DNA of 51,782 bases from positions 1 to 51,782 of IMG/VR virus record IMGVR_UViG_3300020472_000039; one strand, 5' to 3'. Shown here one piece after another: positions 47,243 through 51,782 of this stretch; the first letter of the stretch is position 1, and every line of letters starts with the position of its first letter. Position numbers and translations under genes: made by a program. The notes under the pieces were generated by a model. The model did no database searches and was not told where the DNA came from. It saw nothing but the letters and a program-made list of their open reading frames with translations. This stretch comes from a virus (taxonomy: Duplodnaviria > Caudoviricetes).

Positions 47243-48100
47243 ATGAAATTATGGGAAAAAGTAAATAATATAACTGGAAACGCTTCCAAAGCTAGATTTC
47301 TAGTAGAACATCTAAATGCAGGTGCTAAGTTTATTGTATCTAGTTTGCCTGAAAAGTTTTTATGGTCTATTGCTTCTGAAGTGGAAATTTTAGGTTTTAA
47401 CAGTAGTGATGAAAATTTAATAGGTGCAGGTTCTTCTTTAGCTTATGATAAAATATTAGCAGTATATCGTATGGATAATAGCAAAAAAAGAATAGCTCAA
47501 GAAATTCCAGATATAGCAATTCATTTAACTGATGAAGCAGATAGTATACAATTTCCTACAAAAATGTTTCCTAAATATTATAGACTGAGTGGTAAAATAT
47601 ATATTAAACCAGACCCTGATTATAATGACCATTCAGGTAGTAATGATTATAGAAAACCAGGGGATGCATCAGACACTACTGTTGCTGCGGGCGCAGGAGA
47701 TAAAGGAGTTATTGTTTATTCAGCACCCCCTATAATTGACGAAAATACAGATTCTTGGGTATTAACGGAATTTGAAAATGTTGCGTTATTTTATGCGGCG
47801 TCATTAGATATGTTAAGATTATCAAATACTTTAGACGCTGAAAAGATTTTAGAAGGAGGAATTGCTTCTACTGATGCTACAAGTAAAACAAGTTTATCAG
47901 CAATACATTGGCTAGAAGATGAAGACTCAGAAATGGCACAAGCAGTATTGCAAGTTTCTCAAGGAGATTTAGCAGTTGCAAATCAAAGACTACAAACAGC
48001 TATTTCTTATTATCAAAGAGCTATTGCAGAATTACAATCAATTACAGGAGCTTTAGGAGCGCCTGAACAACAACAACAATCTCAAAGGAGAGAAAGATAG
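47243..48100 (+). CDS. head-tail adaptor/ring-type structural protein
   Basis: GGAG RBS favours ATG 47243; GKIYIKP.P motif; follows the capsid gene. Confidence 0.55.
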   Translation: MKLWEKVNNITGNASKARFLVEHLNAGAKFIVSSLPEKFLWSIASEVEILGFNSSDENLIGAGSSLAYDKILAVYRMDNSKKRIAQEIPDIAIHLTDEADSIQFPTKMFPKYYRLSGKIYIKPDPDYNDHSGSNDYRKPGDASDTTVAAGAGDKGVIVYSAPPIIDENTDSWVLTEFENVALFYAASLDMLRLSNTLDAEKILEGGIASTDATSKTSLSAIHWLEDEDSEMAQAVLQVSQGDLAVANQRLQTAISYYQRAIAELQSITGALGAPEQQQQSQRRER

Positions 48101-48378
48101 TGAAAGTTTTAGAAATAATGGAAAGAGTTAATTCTCGTGATACAAGTTTAGTAATTGCTTATATAAAAGATGCTATAAATTTATTAAATTCTCAAAATGA
48201 AATATTTACAAAAACTAAAAAAATTAATATTACTAAAAATACAAGAGATTATGATTTACCAGGTGATTTAGTTTCTATTAAAAGTGTAAGCGTATTAGAT
48301 ACTGAAGATGATAATAAATATAAAAAAATTAGAAGATTGGGAAGTGACCCAGTTGTTAGTGAGGACACAAATCCATGA
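48100..48378 (+). CDS. structural protein (adaptor-like N-terminal domain)
   Basis: YIKDA and YDLPGD motifs. Confidence 0.55.
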   Translation: MKVLEIMERVNSRDTSLVIAYIKDAINLLNSQNEIFTKTKKINITKNTRDYDLPGDLVSIKSVSVLDTEDDNKYKKIRRLGSDPVVSEDTNP

Positions 48379-48863
48379 GTTTTGAAACAAATAGAAATTA
48401 TGTTTACAAATTAAAAAATAACAAATTAGAGTTATATAGAATTGTAAGAACTTCAGATAGATTACCAGATACTCAAGGAAGAGTTTCAGGTAGAAGTTCT
48501 GATGATGTGATTTATCCAGATGAAACAATTGCTAATGGGTTAAGAATTGAATATACTGCTCCAGTAGATATATTTGTAGATAAAGACCCTACTACGTTAG
48601 CTAGTGATTCAAGTGAAACTAGTTGGTCAAATCAATCATTAACTGCTCAAACAAGTCCAGATGAAAGTTCGCATTTAAATTTAAATAGAACATTATGTTT
48701 AGCGGTAACTTGTTTTGTTAAAGCTTCTTTAGCGGAAAGAACTGGAGATTTACAAGCAAAAGAATATTATATAAGAGAATTTCAGAAAAAAGTAGCAGAT
48801 AATGAAAGTAATAAAAATAGAGTATTTATTGGACAAACAATAAAAACATACTCAGTTAAATAA
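48375..48863 (+). CDS. structural protein (adaptor-like C-terminal domain)
   Basis: ATGA overlap; GLRIEY and LAV..FVKA.L motifs. Confidence 0.55.
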   Translation: MSFETNRNYVYKLKNNKLELYRIVRTSDRLPDTQGRVSGRSSDDVIYPDETIANGLRIEYTAPVDIFVDKDPTTLASDSSETSWSNQSLTAQTSPDESSHLNLNRTLCLAVTCFVKASLAERTGDLQAKEYYIREFQKKVADNESNKNRVFIGQTIKTYSVK

Positions 48864-48875
48864 CAGGAGAATAAA

Positions 48876-49112
48876 ATGGCAAAAGGACTTAATGATTACG
48901 CAGTACAAGAAAGTGTAGCTCCATATATCAAAGCAGTCGTTGCAACACAAAGCGACCAAGATGCATGTAGAGCAGTTCACATGAAAGGCACAGCAGCAAA
49001 TGTTACCTTAACGGTAAATGGAGTTGATGTAGCATTTCATTTGTTAAAAGGACACACATATCCAATTTGTGCAACAAAAAGTAGTTCAACAGACGTGATA
49101 CTTTTATATTAG
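48876..49112 (+). CDS. small structural protein
   Basis: AGGAG RBS; CRAVH...G..YPI pattern. Confidence 0.6.
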   Translation: MAKGLNDYAVQESVAPYIKAVVATQSDQDACRAVHMKGTAANVTLTVNGVDVAFHLLKGHTYPICATKSSSTDVILLY

Positions 49113-49121
49113 GAGATACAG

Positions 49122-49466
49122 GTGATAGAGTTAGAACAATATCAAGATATACAAATAATTCAAAATACAGATTTTGAAAATACTATTACATTTGAAGCGC
49201 CGCATGATACGAGTAACTATGATTACAAAGTAGTTATAGCGCCTGACTATGCTTCTTCAGCAACATATACTTTAGGAGTAGGTAGTGGATTAACAAAAAC
49301 TAATGCAACTACATTAACAATGAAATTAACTGATGCACAAACAGATGATTTTTTAGATAATTATGAAGGCGTTTGGGAATTGGTATCTAAAGCTAGTGAT
49401 GGAACTTTAACAAGAGAATTACAAGGCGATGTTGTAGTTTCTCCTGGATTGGTACCTATTTGGTAA
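49122..49466 (+). CDS. tail-associated beta-sandwich protein
   Basis: I.Q.TDF, LTDAQT and LQGDVVVSPG motifs. Confidence 0.6.
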   Translation: MIELEQYQDIQIIQNTDFENTITFEAPHDTSNYDYKVVIAPDYASSATYTLGVGSGLTKTNATTLTMKLTDAQTDDFLDNYEGVWELVSKASDGTLTRELQGDVVVSPGLVPIW

Positions 49467-49972
49467 TGGCTATTTCAGCAAAAGTTACAAGTCCAGTAGA
49501 TGTAAAGGCAACTGTACAAAATAATAGTGCTACAAAAAGTGTAGGATTGCAAAATGTTAGTAAGGTTACAGATAGTTTTACTATAGACGCTAGTGAAATA
49601 CCTATAAGTTTAGATAATAGTACTGCTAAGAATGTAAGAGATGCATTAAATGGAACAGCAACAGCTGATGCTACACAAACATTAACAAACAAAACAATTA
49701 ATGCTGATAATAATACACTCAGCAACGTAGAAGTAGATAATTTGAAAGCGGGAGTACTAGATACAGACTTAAGTTCAGTAGTTGGTACTGATACAACATT
49801 GCCTAGCGCTAAGGCAGTAAAGAATTATGTGGATAATTTTAGCGGTGATGATACTATCGCTGAAATGGATGATACAAATATTACATCCCCAATTAATGGA
49901 GCTGTTTTACAATACGATAGCAGTTCTTCAAAATGGGTAGATGCTGATGGAATAGATGGGGGAGTATATTAA
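49466..49972 (+). CDS. short tail-fibre-like protein
   Basis: TQTLTNKTI, SAKAVKNYVD, GAVLQYD...KW; ends IDGGVY. Confidence 0.65.
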   Translation: MAISAKVTSPVDVKATVQNNSATKSVGLQNVSKVTDSFTIDASEIPISLDNSTAKNVRDALNGTATADATQTLTNKTINADNNTLSNVEVDNLKAGVLDTDLSSVVGTDTTLPSAKAVKNYVDNFSGDDTIAEMDDTNITSPINGAVLQYDSSSSKWVDADGIDGGVY

Positions 49973-49990
49973 TGTTAATAGGAGAGAACA

Positions 49991-51286
49991 ATGGCAAATA
50001 AAATACAATTAAAAAGAAGTAACACTTCTTCTGCTGTTCCTACTGTTGCTTATGGAGAGTTAGGATTAAACGTTAATGACAAAAAGATGTATTACGGAAA
50101 CGCTTCTGGTACTGCAACTGATATTTCCGAATTAATACTAATTGCAACTTCATCAGTAAAAGGTAGAGCTTCATTCAGCACAGATAATTTTGCTGTATCA
50201 AGCGGAGCAGTAACAATTAAAGATAGTGGAATTGCAAACGCTGAATTAGCGGGTAGTATTGCAGATAGTAAATTAAATCAAATTACCACAGCTGGAAAAG
50301 TAGCTTTATCAGCATTAGAAATAGATGGTGCAAGTGATATAGGTTCTGCTTTAGCAACTGGTGATTTAATTATAGTAGATGATGGTGCAGGTGGAACAAA
50401 TAAAAAGTCTACCATTGATAGAGTAGCAACATTGTTTGCTGGTGCTGGTTTAGCAGCATCTAATGCAGTACTATCAGTAGGAGTAGATGATTCTACTATA
50501 GAAATTAATTCAGATGCACTAAGAGTAAAAGCTGATGGTATAACTTCAGCTCAAATAGCAGATGACGCAGTAGATACAGAACATCTTGCAGATGATGCTG
50601 TAGAAGCAGCGGCAATAGCTGATGGAGCAGTTACTACTGCTAGAATAGCAGCAAATGCAGTAGATGAAAGTAAATTAAAGCAAACTGATGGCGGTGAAGC
50701 GGTAACAACAGCAACTATTAGAGCTGGTGCCGTAACTACAACCGAGCTTGCAGCTGATGCAGTAACTGGTGCTAAGATTGCAGATGATGCAATAGATAGT
50801 GAACATTATGCGAATGGTTCTATTGATACAGCTCATATTGCAGATAATGCAATTGATGGAGATAAATTAGCTGATAGCATTACAGTTGCTTCAAATCTAA
50901 CAGTATCTGGAAATTTAACAGTATCTGGAAGTACTACTACTTTAAGTGTAGCAACATTAGAAGTTGAAGACACTTTTATTGAATTAAATAAAGGTATTCA
51001 AGCTGGTGGAACTGAAGATACCGTAGATGTTGGTATTTATACTGCTTATGATGCAACAAGTGGTGGTACTGATTTATGGCAATGGACTGGATTAGGTAGA
51101 GATTCAAGTGAAGGTAAATGGGTATTATTCCAAGCATTAGATACTGAACCTTCAGCAACGCCTGGAGCAGTAAGTATGGGTTCTACAACAGCAAGAACTG
51201 CGAAATTACAAGCTAATATAGAAGGATTGTCAAACCTTACAAATACTATTGAAAATATGACCATCGATTGTGGTACATTTAGTTAA
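49991..51286 (+). CDS. tail fibre protein
   Basis: MANKIQLKR...GEL N-terminus; Ala/Asp-rich repeats; ends IDCGTFS. Confidence 0.75.
   Translation: MANKIQLKRSNTSSAVPTVAYGELGLNVNDKKMYYGNASGTATDISELILIATSSVKGRASFSTDNFAVSSGAVTIKDSGIANAELAGSIADSKLNQITTAGKVALSALEIDGASDIGSALATGDLIIVDDGAGGTNKKSTIDRVATLFAGAGLAASNAVLSVGVDDSTIEINSDALRVKADGITSAQIADDAVDTEHLADDAVEAAAIADGAVTTARIAANAVDESKLKQTDGGEAVTTATIRAGAVTTTELAADAVTGAKIADDAIDSEHYANGSIDTAHIADNAIDGDKLADSITVASNLTVSGNLTVSGSTTTLSVATLEVEDTFIELNKGIQAGGTEDTVDVGIYTAYDATSGGTDLWQWTGLGRDSSEGKWVLFQALDTEPSATPGAVSMGSTTARTAKLQANIEGLSNLTNTIENMTIDCGTFS
50520..50885 (+). repeat. ~10-aa coding repeat (IADDAV-T/D-xx) in the tail fibre
   Basis: IADDAVDTEH, LADDAVEAAA, IADGAVTTAR, IAANAVDESK, LAADAVTGAK, IADDAIDSEH, IADNAIDGDK. 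Confidence 0.8.
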
Positions 51287-51294
51287 GGAGTTAA

Positions 51295-51782
51295 ATGGCT
51301 AATAAGATTCAGATTAAAAGAGGTGGAGACCTCTCAAATGCTGGTACTCCAGCTGCAGGTGAGTTAGTTTACAAAACTGGAACCAATGAACTTTTTGTTG
51401 GTGATGGTTCTACTGCAGCTAGTAGTTTAACAGCAGTCGGAGGTAGTGCTACTAGTGTTACACTAGGCGGGCATACAATGAATGATGTTGACATTGGTTC
51501 AGAATTTAATGATGTTGACGACCACTTAATGACATCGGGTGCAATCAAAGAAAAGATTGAGAGTTATGGTTATTCAACCACTTCAGGAGATATTACAGGT
51601 GTAACTGCTGGAACAAATTTATCTGGTGGTGGCACGAGTGGTGCTGTTACTTTAAATGTAGATGATGCTTTCCTAATTAATAGTGGTAATGATACTACAA
51701 GTGGCACAATAACTGCTGCTGGATTTATATTACCAGCAAGTCACGCTACAGATAAAATTCAATTATATAATGGTGGTAATGA
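51295..51782 (+). CDS. second tail fibre protein, truncated by the window end; not in the ORF track
   Basis: AAGGAG RBS; MANKIQIKRG...PAAGEL...LFVGDG; GDITGVTAGTNLSGGGTSGAVTL motif. Confidence 0.8.
   Translation, partial: MANKIQIKRGGDLSNAGTPAAGELVYKTGTNELFVGDGSTAASSLTAVGGSATSVTLGGHTMNDVDIGSEFNDVDDHLMTSGAIKEKIESYGYSTTSGDITGVTAGTNLSGGGTSGAVTLNVDDAFLINSGNDTTSGTITAAGFILPASHATDKIQLYNGGN

Noticed and set aside
1-51782. Stop-codon reassignment, as in some crAss-like phages
   Set aside because: Genes are long and intact under code 11, and TAG and TGA both act as stops at coupled junctions
49991-51782. Mtd-like fibre N-termini implying a diversity-generating retroelement
   Set aside because: No reverse transcriptase or template/variable repeat pair in the window

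Overview
This window is most of an AT-rich (roughly 30% GC by eye) tailed dsDNA phage genome with podovirus-type architecture, apparently cut inside the tail-fibre block. The + strand carries a late arm (36.4-51.8 kb, continuing at 1-21.9 kb): terminase, endolysin, portal, scaffold, major capsid, head-tail and fibre genes, a membrane/holin cassette, tail stabilisation proteins and an ejection/cargo operon. That operon includes a 3113-aa protein with a two-barrel RNA polymerase catalytic signature (R-x-P...GDYDID), resembling the virion RNAP of crAss-like phages. The - strand carries an early/replication arm (36.3-21.9 kb): Cas4-like nuclease, Sak-type annealing protein, SSB, DUF932, adenine MTase, DnaB, RuvC-like resolvase and many small ORFs. 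No DNA polymerase, primase, integrase, tRNA or CRISPR array is visible. Other notable points are an ~800-nt ORF-free, hairpin-rich segment resembling GOLLD RNA, a series of stem-enclosed intergenic elements, repeated sigma70-type promoters, strong Shine-Dalgarno use and apparent GATC avoidance. All calls come from reading motifs and gene context; no database searches were run.
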